The notes under the pieces are model-generated. The model was not told where the DNA came from. It saw nothing but the letters and a program-made list of their open reading frames with translations, and ran no database searches. 64,000 bases of DNA from Octopus vulgaris (taxonomy: Eukaryota). Position numbers and translations under genes: made by a program. The stretch is taken from the NCBI GenBank assembly GCA_951406725.2, contig OX597819.1, positions 68,138,001 through 68,202,000 on the forward strand, read 5' to 3'. Shown here one piece after another: positions 1 through 14,860 of this stretch; within the stretch, counting starts at the first letter, position 1, and each line of letters starts with the position of its first letter.

Positions 1-39
1 ATTCGATGTTTAAAAAAGTTTTTAAGGTGCTTTTTGGGG

Positions 40-370
40 GGGTCGATTAAGTACCAATTAGCTTTTTAGGTGTTGTTTTCAAAATTCCTGTTTTGCCTTT
101 TATCCTTTCAGGGTCGATCAAATAAGTACCAATTATGCATTGGGGTCGACTTAATCCGTTTGTCTGTCCTTGTTTGCCCCCTCTGTGTGTAGCCCCTAGT
201 GGACAGTAAAGAAATAAGAATCGTTAGCTCAGCGGGCAAAAGGCTTAGCGGCATTTCATCTGTATTTACGTTCTTAGTTCAAATTCCGTTGAGGTCGACT
301 TTGTCATTCATGCTTTCAGGTTGGATAAAATAAGTGTCAGTCGAGCACCAGGGTGGATGAAATCGACCTA
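40..370 (+). mobile_element. Cluster of SINE fragments, family A (GAGTTCAAATTCCGCCGAGGTCGAC head/core; GTCCCCTCTGTGT...AAAGAAATA tail)
   Basis: Matches other in-window copies (9908-10142, 55628-55880, 63567-63800); B-box-like GTTCAAATTCC. Confidence 0.75.
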
Positions 371-1344
371 TCACACATGAAATTGTGTAGTTTGAATTAT
401 ATAGAATGTTAGAGAGAGAAATATCATTGTTTCGTGCAATACATAGCAATGCATACAACTAAAACAAAATTTGTGTAGAAGCCCTTAAAATACTTTTGCG
501 TATTCCCAATTCACTATTTTGTTACGTAAACCCCTAAAATCTTATATGGAGCCCTAAAAAGATGATATCCTTTAGAGGCCTTTTGGACTACTGCTTTAGA
601 TGTACAAAACTGAATATGGAGAATCAGTCGAACGCATTACGTGTAATAGTTATCCCGGTCGTCTACGTCATAACTCTTACGTAGTAAGATGGCTGCGGGT
701 GATTCGTTTTATGTCCCTTAGCTTATCTTGGCTTCATATTTATAAATATGTGCGTCTGTGTATATACATGAAGAGGAAAGCATATTTGCGAAAGTAAAGT
801 AGCAATCCTGATTAGGACGATGTTATTAACTTTTTTAGCCCCAGGGAAAACTATTTTCCAATTGGCTACCGACGCACAACAGCGTCCTTATACCTTGATC
901 AAGAGAGTTAATAACCCTACTCATCCTTGCGTACCATGGTTTCTGGGTTATTTATCTTCAGCGGCACAGGATAACTGCCATTTGGTTTAAGTGGTAGGGA
1001 GAAGTAGGATTTGCTATGAAATAAGGATGGGGGATTTCGCTCAAGGGAAGAGAATCACTGACAGAGATTGTTTTTATATATATGTATATACTTTTATTTT
1101 ATTATGCTTCTATATAATTCTTTCTTATTTCTTTTTTCTTTTTTTCTTTGCAAGTAGATGCGGGTAAGTTTAAATTTATTTCGTTCTAAAATTTGAGCTC
1201 AAATAATATATATTGCTAAATACACCTCCACATATATATTTATACATGCACGTGTGCGCGTGTGTGTGTGTATGCGCATTGTATATGTTTGTGTGTGTGC
1301 ATGCACGCGCTTCTATACGTGCACATGGGTTTGTAATATATGTT

Positions 1345-2098
1345 TGTTCAATAAATATCCATAGTAACGAAGATAAAGCACGCAGAGTAAAGCCGCTTGG
1401 CACACATTTACCTTGAACGTTGCTCGTCTTCCGCTGTTTACAGCAGTGCTTGAAAGGAAGGCGTGAAAGTTGAATAGGGAATCTGGGTTAAATTTTGTCA
1501 AAAGCTTGGCGATTCCAGCTCAGAGGCCTACGCAGAGTTTTCGAAAAGTTCTCATCAACCTCGACATAATCAAGGAGATCTTGTGCAAATGAAACCCGAG
1601 TGTACTTTTGGTCAGCTGAAAGCAGTTTTGGCAGAAACTCGGCAGACACACGTCCCATACCTAAATCTTACGGGGATTTGATAATTTCTCAACACAGCTG
1701 CACGCCCATCTGCGATGTTTTTCTCAGTTCTGCTAGTTTCGGGCCTCCCAGAACGTTCGTCAATACCAATATATTTTCTGCCATCTTGTAAACGTCCGAA
1801 CTACTCTTACACTTGTGTGAGGCTCATACGCTCTTCTCCATACACTTTCTGCAGCTTTGGGTAAGCCTCTGAGCGAGTATCGCCATGACAACTTTCCCTA
1901 TCATGGTAAATGCGATAATCACACGCTACACACGTTCCTTCTAAACACTTCTAAATAGTGGAAGTGAGCTAGAACGTTGAAGCATAGTGAACATGCACAA
2001 CAGCGTTCTAGGTCAATCTATGCCAAGCGGTTTTACTGTGCGTGCTTTAGCTTCGTTCCTGTGGGAACAGTCCGGATACTTATTGATCAGGTCTCGTA
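1345..2098. mobile_element. Mariner-derived fold-back relic made of two inverted 5' ends; degenerate transposase N-terminus (HTH)
   Basis: Minus strand from 2098 begins TACGAGACCTGATCAATAAGTATCCGGACT after TA and translates as EAYPKLQKVYGEERMSLTQV*E*FGRLQDGR...DERSGRP...LGMGRVSAEFLPKLLSADQK. Plus strand 1345-1540 carries the homologous 5' end and WVKFCQKLGDSSSEAYAE. Confidence 0.8.
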
Positions 2099-2689
2099 TA
2101 CTGCAAGTTTTTCAGTATTATATTGCTTTGATACGTGAATGTACATATGATTCTGCGTTTTGTATTTTTGTATTTCATCAGCGAAAGCTAATTAAAATAG
2201 ATACAAAAATAATCGTCTAAATATTTTTGAGACGACTCTTTGGATGAATTGTTCTTTCGCCTTGCTGGGGCACTCCTTGAAGTGTTTAGTGGAACAAAAC
2301 GCCCGGGTTATCCAATTTTTATCTTTGTTATTTGTTCTGTCTTTCTCTTTTGACGAGCTGCGAGCATGTGATAACAAGGGTTAACTCCCCGCTTGCAATA
2401 TATATTGGGTGCAGGCTGCACCGAACAACCAGCTAGAGATGACGTCATCCCATGCTTAAAAAATGGCAGTAACGTCCGTTTCTAGGGAACAGCCATATTT
2501 AAGTGTCGACAAACATTACTTCTCTGTATAAATATTGCTTTCATCTCTTATAGAATTTTTCTTAACTACCTAATTTGCTTTTTATATGTGTGTGTATGTA
2601 TATGTATAATATAGCTACATATTTCTGTACATAAATATGAAAACATACATACATACATACACACACACATATATATATATAAATATACC

Positions 2690-3069
2690 TCTCTCTATAT
2701 AAACGGCAGTTTGTCTGTGCGTTTTCTGTGTGTCTGTTTTCTCGTACCCTCACTCTGACCACGGCTTTCAACCGATTCTGATGAAACTTGACACACACAT
2801 AGCCCAATGTCATAATTCAAAACTAACGCAGCGAAAATTTTGAAAAGTTCCCCCAGTTCTGAAAAAAATCGATAAATTCGACATGGGGTCGAGAATCAGA
2901 AACCCAAACCACAGACCGTCTAGGGGACGCAACTCCACCTTTTTTAACTCTCAAAAAAAAATTTACCATCATTTTTTTTTCCATTTTTTTGCTATTTTTT
3001 GGCTATAACTCTCTAAAAATGCTTTATAGTTATTTCCCTTACAAACCTGAGCAACGCCGGGCGATACTG

Positions 3070-3072
<3 letters not shown>
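2690..3072 (+). mobile_element. Non-autonomous Helitron-like element
   Basis: 5' TC(TC)TATATAAA start; 3' hairpin CCTGAGCAACGCCGGG followed by ATACTGCTA(T); 3' end shared with the copies at 26.9-28.7 kb. Confidence 0.65.
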
Positions 3073-3165
<93 letters not shown>

Positions 3166-3185
3166 ACACAAATACATATATACAC

Positions 3186-3234
<49 letters not shown>

Positions 3235-3340
3235 TATATACATACATTGGTGTATGAAATTGCCCTCAGTCGTTAATAAAGAAACTATTTTTATTTTCTT
3301 ATTATTGCTGCTGTTCATATTGTTGTTGTTGTTGCTGTTA

Positions 3341-3398
<58 letters not shown>

Positions 3399-3882
3399 AC
3401 GAAACATGATAATTTCTTTCCCCACACTAATCATTTTCTTTCAATTGAAAAAAATTTTATGAAATTAGGTGAGGGTAATATCGTATGCAATAACTTTCTA
3501 ATATTAATTAAAAAGAAAGTTCATATTAAAAAGACGGAGACAAATTAAATTTGATGACACTTAGAAGGGCGATCTTTCAACAACGAAGAAAACTTTGATA
3601 TTCCTCATTCTCTGCCTGTCTGTCTGTCTCTGTCTCTCAATTTTAAATGAAATATTAACTCACGTATATCAAACGTGATAATATCAAAGATCTTATGCGT
3701 AAATGTTTATGTGTATATATATATGTATATAGTTCCTTCTCTTCTTTTGCTGAATATAAATTTTTGTCCAGCGCTTCTCTTCATTTTCAACTGTATGTTA
3801 CACGCGTCAGATTCACATTGATAGTGAAGACGAATTTCTAGTATTTTCCCTTGCTCTCTTTTTCTGTCTCTGTCTATCTCTT

Positions 3883-3919
<37 letters not shown>

Positions 3920-4236
3920 TTCTCTCTCTCTTTCTCTTTCTCTTTCCCTTCCCCTTTCTCTCGCTCTCTTGTTCACCATGTATATTTTCTTGTATAGTGA
4001 AACTGTACACCTCTCCCGATAAAAACTGGTAGTGGCCAGCCATTATAAATAAACCAGGAGCCGGTCGACAGAAGATCAAGGTCAGGTTCTCGAGAGTACG
4101 TGTAGACTGTGTTGATAGTCGTGTCAGTGCTTATATTACCAGGACATTATAACGATCCAACTTTTGAGGATAGTAACCCTGTATGATTGGGGGTCGTAGA
4201 GTGCCAGATAGATACAGTCTATCGACGACTTCGTAG

Positions 4237-6083
4237 CGAGCTTGCCAAACGTATTTTGACGAAAATACCAGATTTAACAAAATAAAAGTACCAAATTTTG
4301 CTCAAAAGGTACCAAATTCGAATTTCTAATAGTTTGCCTATAAATCAACTCAAATGCATAATATATTTTATTTATAATATACAGGGCTTTATTTTAAAAT
4401 GACCTACACATATTTAATGTACTTACTTTATGATTAGATGGTTGCGTCGTCAATTGGGCGAGGTTCCACTTTGTACCAATTTCCTTACCTTTCTTTTAAT
4501 TTAGCACAAAGCTCTGCATCTGGTGTGCAGTTTAGAATACGAAGAAGACATTTTGAATGTAGCGGAGCATTCATTGTTTGGATAAGCAGATTAGACATAT
4601 TCTTGTCTTTAATGTTATTTAGGACTGAAGATATTCTCTCGGCTGTAGCTGAAGAATGTGGTAATGATAGGAGCTGAAATATAAAGCATGATAGGACCGG
4701 ATAACGAGCTTCATCTCCATATTTTCCCTTAGAAATTTTATACCAATAATTTTCTGGTTTGGCAGCTTCAGTTAAATAATTCTTATTTTGAAGATCAAGT
4801 TCTCTCCATTCTTTATTTGGAGCTTCAATCTGCCTCTCCAGAGCAATATTTGGAAATTTGCATGCCAGAGGGACAATTGAACTTGGACCATTGCAATCAC
4901 AAATACTAACTGAGTCTAGTGCCTCTAGAAGCTTCAGGTTACGAAAAACATCATGCGGAAAGAAGTGATGAAAAGATCCCTTCTCGAGGCGCACAAAAAA
5001 TGTAATGGTTTCACGTGAAATTTTTTCAATCCAGTTGAACTAAAAGATGGAGCTTTCTTTCTTTTTAATTTTTGCTCCTCTGGAAATTTCAGTTATGGGA
5101 AGATACACTGATGGATCATTGATGTTAATTTTATGTAGCGCTTTATTTTTCACGGTTTCTTTTTTAACAAACGTGCCAAATATTCCCTTACCAGTACATA
5201 TAATAGAATTGTGCAGTTTGTGCATTCTATAGCTTTCTGATTGGAAATCTAAGTTCAGCTTAATAATATCTATCAAACCATATGCTAAAAAGGCATAATA
5301 CATCTCTATGATTGGATTTGTTAATGAGTTCAGCACATTTGAAGCTGCACTGTTGTTATCTTCAGTAGCAGCAGTAGTAAAGAATAACACAGCAGGCCAC
5401 TGTTCTGGTATTCTGTTGATAACTTTTCTAAAGATAGCCACCTTCTACAACTTATATGTGATAATTCATGAGGATTTGTTTGAGCAAATGCCTGAAATTT
5501 TTCATATTCTTGCAGTCTTTTGGAGCTATTTGAGAGGAATGAATATATGCTTCTAGGAAGTTCTTCTAAATATGACGGTAATTCTGAACATGCCTTTGAT
5601 TTACAGATATGCATAGAGTGACAAACAAAACCCTAAATAAAGAGAGGGAACTTTGTTCTTCAGTAATGCCTGCGCACCTCTCTTCTGTCCTGTCATTACA
5701 CAAGCATTGTCACTGGCAAATCCTATCAAATTTTCAAAAGAAATATCATGTTAGGTAAAGAATCTTTCAATAAAGGGGAAAATTCCATTAGCATAGAAAT
5801 CCTTGGCTTCCAAAATATTTTGAGTGCTACAATCTTAAAATCTTGCTAACAGAACAAGCTGTTTTTATTCTACTTATATCAGTAGTGTTAACAACCATTA
5901 ATGAAAGCTTGCACTCTTTTAACTGTTTAATGTTTTCACTTAAATACGCAGTAGACTTATTTGTTTACATAAAGCGAAAAAAATTCAAAAAAAGTACTAA
6001 GTCAATGCAGCGTTGTACCAAAAGTATTATGACACACCAAAAGTACGAAATTTGGTACAATAGTCCCAGGTTCGGCAAACCTG
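4237..6083 (-). mobile_element. hAT DNA transposon relic with fragmented transposase
   Basis: 8-bp TSD CTTCGTAG (4229-4236) / CTTCGTAA (6084-6091); imperfect TIRs CGAGCTTGCCAAAC / rc CAGGTTTGCCGAAC; subterminal GTACCA repeats; ORF pieces 4485-4994, 5040-5441 and 5330-5614 with LLSLPHSSATAERISS (hAT dimerisation motif), C..H and RWLS motifs. Confidence 0.88.
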
Positions 6084-6445
6084 CTTCGTAATATAGCAAT
6101 ATCTGTCAGAGCGACAATCGTCGTCAAAAGACAGACACAACAGTGGCCAAAGACCGCTTTACAACATATTTCTCCATATATTTATATGCTCCAGCATGAC
6201 TGCAGCAGCATGGCTGAAACGAATAAAAATAAAAGAAGATATATATATAGGTGTGTGTGTGTGTTCATGCGCGTGTGTGAGTGTGTGCGTGTGTGTGTGT
6301 GTTTACAGTCCCGATGTTGGAGTCGACTTTGTTCAAAATCTTTGAACTGAGGACGGCCAGGACTGGTGCCAGGTTCTGCGTTCTGATACTTTCTTTTCCA
6401 TGGAAGAAACGGGGATATTGCATCGCTTATACACACACACACACA

Positions 6446-6489
<44 letters not shown>

Positions 6490-6514
6490 TAGATATATAT
6501 ATAAACATAAATAA

Positions 6515-6560
<46 letters not shown>

Positions 6561-6570
6561 AAAAACATAA

Positions 6571-6676
<106 letters not shown>

Positions 6677-7270
6677 GTATATATATATATAAAGTACAAA
6701 GTAAGATAGTGTTATGAAAGTAACCCACTATAGGATATCAGTTATCCAATCTGTAGGCATTTTAAGTTGGATTGTCTTTTGACCTGCTGATTTTCCACTC
6801 AAGTTATTTTGAAACGCATGATTGTATATTTATATGTTTTGCAGTTTAAACTTAATGCGAAATGAAACAATTGTAGATGAGGACGTTAATTAATAAATTC
6901 ATTTGTATCCATTGGATCTCTCCGTTTTCAAACCTAATAATTATATATACTTACATACATACACACATATATATAATGTATGTATAACTGTGCGTATGTA
7001 TGTATGTATGTATGTATGTATGTAGGTAGGTAGGTAGGTAGGTAGATAGGTAGGTAGGTAATTAGGTAGGTAGGTAGATAGGTAGGTAGGTAGGTAGGTA
7101 CGTACGTACGTACGTACGTATATATAGATATATATGCACATATATGTGTGCTCGTGCGCGCGTGCAAGCTAGTGCTTACCGAAGGATATGAGGGAGAATG
7201 ATTGACAATGATGTAGACAGATAAGTTTCTGTATTCGTGGAAATAGAGATTGTTTATCTATATAATGTTG

Positions 7271-7301
<31 letters not shown>

Positions 7302-7461
7302 GAGTGTGTATGTGTCTGTATGTGTGTTTGTGTTTGTGCGCGTGTATGTATATATATGAGAAATGAATCCAAAGAAAGAAGAACAAACAAGAAAAAACAA
7401 TAACGCGAGGATGTGGTAAAAGTGCTGTATTATCAGACGCTCAGAAAAGGAAGGAAAGAAA

Positions 7462-7496
7462 ATTTAATGTTTCGGGCCTTGCTCTTTTTCAGAAAT
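7462..7496 (-). ncRNA. Degenerate minimal hammerhead ribozyme in a Penelope-type repeat (~7370-7580), related to 44260-44490
   Basis: rc ATTT-CTGAAAA-AGAGCAAGGCCC-GAAA-CAT-T-AAAT; core is mutated. Confidence 0.45.
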
Positions 7497-7614
7497 AGAG
7501 GAAAGTCTAAAAGGAGGGAAGACAGAGGAAGAAAATCGCCAACTATACACACGCGGTTGTATTTAGAAATGACCAGAAGGGAATACATACATACGCACAT
7601 ACATATATACATAC

Positions 7615-7698
<84 letters not shown>

Positions 7699-7794
7699 CA
7701 TACATATATATATATATGTATATATATATATACATATATATATATACATGTATATATATATATATGCATGCATATATATACATATATAAATATG

Positions 7795-7825
<31 letters not shown>

Positions 7826-7908
7826 AATTACATATATATATATAGGGAGAGTTAACGTAAAAAACAAAAGACGAAGACAGGTGGTGTACAAAACAAACAG
7901 ATGTATTA

Positions 7909-7964
<56 letters not shown>

Positions 7965-8376
7965 TCATAATGACACTTGAAATGAGAATCTGAAAGACAG
8001 GGAAAAAAAAGAAAGAAATACAACGAAAAATTCTTGAATATTTAATTAGTTTCAGTTTGATTATGTGTTGTAGATTTCTATTTATATTGTGGTTTTGTTT
8101 TTCACTAAGGAAGAAAATACTTAATTTCTATGGAAGCCTCGAAACGTCAACAATAAATGGCAACTGGAGTTTGCATCAGGTCGAAAGAAGACGATTTTCT
8201 AATTAGAAATCATTTTTCATCCCGTATCTGACATTATCTGATGATGTGAAATTGTTTGGTACGGTGTGTTTGGCCGTGATGTACCCGAACCAATAAGAGT
8301 TCTTAGTAACACGAGTTACTTTAATAAATTATTGGTGTCTCGATGTTTGAGTGATCGAGAAAATAAGTGAATGAGT

Positions 8377-8416
<40 letters not shown>

Positions 8417-8657
8417 GAAAATAAGAGGAGTGATTACGTTGAATGAAGATGAGTCAGTGAGAAGGTAAATAGGTATCTATGTGTAGGGGTGGGGGGGTTG
8501 AACGGTGGAATGACGAACGATGAAGATGAAGACGTATTGGTTGGCTGGCCGGCTGGCTGGCTGATTGCTTGGTCGGTTAGTTGGTAGGTAAGTAAATATC
8601 TATAGGTTTACATGAGACTGTTTATGTGTGTGCGTGTGTGACTGGTTGTATTTTGTG

Positions 8658-8697
<40 letters not shown>

Positions 8698-8796
8698 ATG
8701 AAGGGGGGTAGCAAGACCATTGGAGATGAATCGATTGATAAAGTCTGATTTATTCATTGATTATTTATATATTTCTCCTCCTCAACCTACTCATCA

Positions 8797-8837
8797 TTCT
8801 TCTTCTTCTTCTTCTTCTTCTTCTTCTTCTTCTTCTT

Positions 8838-8870
<33 letters not shown>

Positions 8871-8925
8871 ATTATTGTTGTTGTTTTTGTTGCTGTTTTT
8901 GAGTTTGTTGCAACTACTGCTGCTG

Positions 8926-9022
<97 letters not shown>

Positions 9023-9040
9023 TTATTATTATTATTATTA
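8797..9040. repeat. Compound trinucleotide microsatellite (CTT)n/(ACT)n/(TAT)n
   Basis: Direct reading. Confidence 0.95.
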
Positions 9041-9051
9041 TCGGTCGAGCT

Positions 9052-9093
<42 letters not shown>

Positions 9094-9332
9094 CGTATCT
9101 GTTAGCATATTGTTAATTACACACACAAATACATACACGCGCACATGCACCTATACAGACATATATCTGTGAATATGCAATATATCACCATAAGGTTGCT
9201 TCTTGTGCGTGTGTATACATCATACATATAAATACACATACATACATACATACATACATACATACATACATACATACATACAAGTATATATAAATATATA
9301 TACATAAATATGTATAAATATATATATATAGG

Positions 9333-9390
<58 letters not shown>

Positions 9391-9639
9391 TATATATATA
9401 TGTATTTACATATATATTTACACACACATTTATATACGCACGCACACATACATACATACATACATACATACATACATACATTTTCAATGTAGGATAGTCG
9501 AAGGTAGAGAAAGGAGGGAAAAAGACAGCGATAAACACATATACTTAATGAAATGTTATTTATATGATTCGATAGTGATTGATTAAGAAACAAGTCAATA
9601 GTTAAATGTGTGTATGTATGTGAGTATATCATAAGAGAA

Positions 9640-9901
<262 letters not shown>

Positions 9902-9907
9902 CAAAAT

Positions 9908-10142
9908 ATCTATTTCTTTACTGCCCACATGGGGCTAAACACAGAGGGGACAAACAAGGACAGACAAACGGATTAAGTCGATTACATTGACCCCAGTGCG
10001 TAACTGGTACTTATTTAATCGATCCCGAAAGGATGAAAGGGAAAGTCGACCTCGGCGGAATTTGAACTCAGAACGTAGCGACAGACGAAATACCTCTAAG
10101 CGTTTCGCTCGGCGTGCTAACGATTCCGCCAGCTCGCCGCCT
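9908..10142 (-). mobile_element. Full-length SINE, family A
   Basis: rc begins GGCGGCGAGCTGGCGGAATCGTTAGCACGCC, contains GAGTTCAAATTCCGCC and ends GGGCAGTAAAGAAATAGATA next to (GATA)n. Confidence 0.85.
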
Positions 10143-10605
10143 AAATAGATTAAAATATCATATAGATGGACGCAAACACACTGGCTTCGAATGTTGGGTT
10201 CTGGTCGGGGTTAGGCTGGTTACATCGATTCCCAGGGTATAACTGGTAGTTATTCTATCGACCCTGAAAGGATGGAATGCAAAGTTGAGCTCGGTGGCAT
10301 TTGAACGCAGAATCTAATGAGAGACGACGGGCATAAAAACACATTTTCTGTCATTCCAAAGTGTAATGAAACGTATTTTTGTGTATTCACATACAGGTAG
10401 CTTAAAGTCTGCATTATTTTGAAGGGCTTTTTGTATGTTGCAGGTAAGTAAGTAATTTTTTTTTTCTATTAAATATAATAATATAAATTATTTACATGTT
10501 TTTATGTTACGAAACAATTTGTCATAAAATTAGAATTTTCTTGCTGATAACTAAAATTTCAACAAGCTATTTTTCTATCATCTCGAACATTATATACAAT
10601 TATTA

Positions 10606-10815
10606 CTTTTTTACTTGTTTCAGTCATTTGACTGCTGCAATGCTGAAGCACCGCTTTAGTCGAACCGATCGACCCCTGGACATATTCCTTGTAAGTTTGG
10701 TACTTATTCTATCGGTCCGTTTTGCTGAACCGCTATTTTTACGAGGATGTAAATACACCAGCATCGGTTGTCAAGCGATGATCAGGGGAAAAAACACACA
10801 CACACAAATACATAC

Positions 10816-10896
<81 letters not shown>

Positions 10897-11038
10897 ACTT
10901 GACGGGCTTCTTTCCGTTTCCGTCTACCAAATCCACTCACAAGTCTTTGGTAGGCCCGAGGCTATGTGTCACGCAGTAGGACTGAATCCGGAATCATGTG
11001 GTTGGGAAGCAAGCTTCTTACCATAGAGCCACTCCTGT
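10606..11038 (-). mobile_element. SINE family B (tRNA-like head, CORE-like segment, internal TA/TG microsatellite, CR1-like tail)
   Basis: Homologous to 56200-56610. Confidence 0.85.
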
Positions 11039-11792
11039 GTGCAATTTCTTATACACGACCATGTATATATATGTGTGTGCATGTGTGCGCGATTTTATTT
11101 ATTTTTGTCACTGGACTGCGGCTAGTGTAGAACACCGCTTTTAAGAGTTTTTGCCGAATAAATCAGATCCGATAATCATTCAAATCTGTAGCTTATTCTC
11201 TCGCCTTTTTGCGAAACAGAAAATCTCCGAAACGTACACAAACTAACACCACTTACCAAGTGGTACAAATGAAATCACAAAGATATACATTCATATATAC
11301 ATGCATACATCCATACTTACATACACACAGACAGAGATACTGACACCCACACACAGACGTATGTATATTTATAAATGACGTACCTCCACATAGTTTATGC
11401 CTACTAAATTCACTTGCTCTGGTCGCCGCGAAACTGCAGGGGAAGCACTTGCCCAAGTAAGGATGCACTGCAGTGGGACTGAACCAGTTGGTTGTAATGC
11501 TTGTTTCATTAACACACGACCATTCCTGTGAAACTATATTTGTGTGTATGTGTGTGTGCATGTATGTGTGCGTGTAAGTATATATATATGTGTGTTTACG
11601 TATATAGATAGATAGGTAGGTAGGTAGGAGGTGTGAGTAATTGCAGAGGGAGAGATGGATAGATAAACAGTTATCTGAATAGATTGTTAAATGAACGAAA
11701 TGCGCAATCTTCATGACAAGCAAAAGAAAAATAAGTTTAACAAAAGAAGACTCTACAACAAAAACAAAAGCAACAACAATGACAACAACAGC

Positions 11793-11827
<35 letters not shown>

Positions 11828-12281
11828 GATGTTCTGTTGACGTTCAGGAGCAATTTAGAAGGATAAGATAGAACAAATTCGTCAGACAGGGAATAAATTA
11901 ATTCGGAAGACATGGCGTAGACATGATATGTTGATGGCAACAAGGTTACAATAATAAATAGCGTCTAGAAATGTAATATACCTATTTGGCTCTAAGACAA
12001 TTCTACAGACTACTAATTAGCTAGCTACCAGTTGTCAATTGTTGAGGGTGTTGGTCATGTTAGGGGAGATGAGAATGGTGAGGTCAAAACGATGGTTTCT
12101 TCTCTCAGCAGCTGTTTCTTTAACCGATTTATTTAGAACACATTTCACGTCAGTATTTTCTTTATATTTTCTGTTCACATTATTTTTTTCCTTTAACTCT
12201 TCTCTGTTTAGCTTCTTGCTATGTTTCGTTTCTTCCTTGGTTTAAATCTCTCTCTCTCCCTCTCTCTCTCCCACCTCTCTC

Positions 12282-12335
<54 letters not shown>

Positions 12336-13165
12336 TCTGACCATTTCCTCTTTAAATTTCTGTTCCCTTTCTCAGTCGTTTTTGCTAGGTTTATTTCAAT
12401 CAGTTCCTCTTCCCTTCCCTTGTATACAGCTTATTCTTTGAGTGTATTCTCTATCTGCCTCAGAGTTCCATAAACAGAAGATGGAGAACGGCTGCGGAGT
12501 TAGATTTATTTAGTTCCCTTCGCTATATTTCTCGAATGCTACAGCTAGGCAGTTAGATAGATATAAAAAAAATAAACAGTGGACACAAGAAGTCACCTTG
12601 CAAAAAATTCCCTTGATTACAGATCACAGAACAATTTCTGAACAATGTAATTTCAGCCACAGGTTTGTTCTGCAGTCTCTGAATCAGTCTTCTATGAAGT
12701 TGTTGAACTTAGGACGCATAGCAGACATAATCTTACTCTTTATTCGTTTGCATTTTTCGTGGATTGGAGAGAAATATAATCGATAGTATTGTTAGCAGTA
12801 TTTATTTAAGTCAAATACAGGTTTTTTCGATACCTATTTAGCGAACTAATAATGTACGGGTCAAAAATAAACTCGGCATAAAAAAGAACAGCACCAGATT
12901 TACACTGGTGAGTGTATATGCACTTACTCACACCTAGGTAGGGTTAGATGTTTTCAAGAAGCAACTTGATCTTCTGCTCACCAGGATCCCCGATGAACCT
13001 ACATAACACCAAGAAATTCATAAGTGACCAGCAACATCGAAATAAATTCTTTATTAAAAGACAAACACAAAAGAATGGCCACTGAAAAGCTGATAATATT
13101 GGCAGCGCCTCATCTTGGCTACAGCTTTTCGGTTGAAATTCATTTGTGTTTATATATATATATAT

Positions 13166-13359
13166 ATTAAACAAAATGAGATAACAGAGCCAAAGCTGTG
13201 AGGAGTTTTCAGAACATTTATAACGAAAAAGATATAGGTGTAGTCTTACATCGTCTCTGATGAAAGGATATCCATAATATTCCAGAAACAGCTGCAACAC
13301 TATTTCATTATAAACATCTGGAAAATTCCCCCCAGCCATGGCTTTGTTATCTCATTTTG

Positions 13360-13365
<6 letters not shown>
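13166..13365. mobile_element. Penelope-type inverted pLTR relic in (TA)n with a degenerate hammerhead (13253-13300, +)
   Basis: Imperfect ~60-bp inverted arms ATTAAACAAAATGAGATAAC... / ...GTTATCTCATTTTGTCTAAT; CTGATGA...GAAACAGCTGCA. Confidence 0.65.
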
Positions 13366-13410
<45 letters not shown>

Positions 13411-13544
13411 TGCTAATACAGAACCCACATTAGACTCGTCACTCGTATCACTATCGAACCACGAGTTTATTTACGGTCTGTCCATAGCACCTACCTACCA
13501 CTCTTTGGGTCTTCTAGATACCAATACTACTCATACACTCGATA

Positions 13545-13678
<134 letters not shown>

Positions 13679-13744
13679 TTTTATAAAATGAAGTAGCATG
13701 AAACGATTGTACTACACTACCTTGGATATCCATGTTGCTTATTA

Positions 13745-13779
<35 letters not shown>

Positions 13780-13881
13780 ATAGAAATGGTAAGACAACAA
13801 AAGAATGAAAGAGACTTCGATATTATGTATATTGAGGAAATTATCTGTAAATAAAATATATGACAATTATTCGGTAGCCAT

Positions 13882-13942
13882 GATAAAACTCCGAGTTTCG
13901 GATGTCGGGGCGGAAACCCACGCCGCCATCTCTTCAGTTATC
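13882..13942 (-). ncRNA. Type I hammerhead ribozyme motif
   Basis: rc GATAA-CTGAAGA-GATG...CATCC-GAAA-CTCGGAG-TT-TTATC; stem I GATAA/TTATC, stem III ACTC/GAGT. Confidence 0.75.
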
Positions 13943-14295
13943 CGCCCATCGAAAAAATTGCATATATATATTATAGCCAAATATAGATTCTATATAGCTT
14001 TTTTCATCAGGTAGCTAGCAATAATAATACGGAGAAAATACATGGCAGTGTCACATGACAGAAAAAGATGGTAAATGACTCTAAACCTATCTTATTTCTG
14101 ACATTGACACGGGCTGAAAGCGAGCGAGGGAAACGAACAAATCCGATTTTTTTTTTTTAAGGTTTCACCATAGATCAACTGATTTCTAGTTCAGGTATAT
14201 AACTTTCTTTACCGTCATCAGGCCATAATAAATAAGGTAGTTTTAGAGTCATTAACACATTTTTTCTGCATGTGGCACTACCATGCTGTTTGCCC

Positions 14296-14363
<68 letters not shown>

Positions 14364-14860
14364 TAAGAGAAAAAATCTATCAGAAAGGAACTCTATCTCT
14401 CTTTAAAAAATATCTTTTGATAAGCATAACAAATGCGCAACCGGTAAAAAGAACTTTCACCTAATTAAATACACTCTCCCTTACTTAAATTATTTTGTCA
14501 GCATTTTCTTCCTTTCCTTTATATATATATATATATATAAACCATTTAATTGCAAGATTTATTGATGTTTAACAACTGAATGAATTTAATAAAAGTATCT
14601 AAATATGAAACAGCATACAAAATTGTTCAAAGTGAAGTCATTTTTCCAAGACCCCTTTTTCCATTCGAGTAAATACAGAGTTACAGATAGTATTTATGGA
14701 ATTTTGATTTACTGTCGGGTGAATTTTGGCTAAACCTGTATATATTATATAACTTTGTGAGTATGTGTGTGTGTGTGGAAGTGTACATACATAAATGCAT
14801 AAATACATTCATACATACATATATAATGTAGGTATATACGATATATATATATATACATGA

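Noticed and set aside
2440-2470. TGACGTCA (CRE) and an AAAATGGC motif
   Set aside because: Isolated short motifs with no associated gene
8100-8160. Further partial hammerhead-like strings (also ~6860, ~13697, ~23680, ~26260)
   Set aside because: One conserved box is missing or stems are broken
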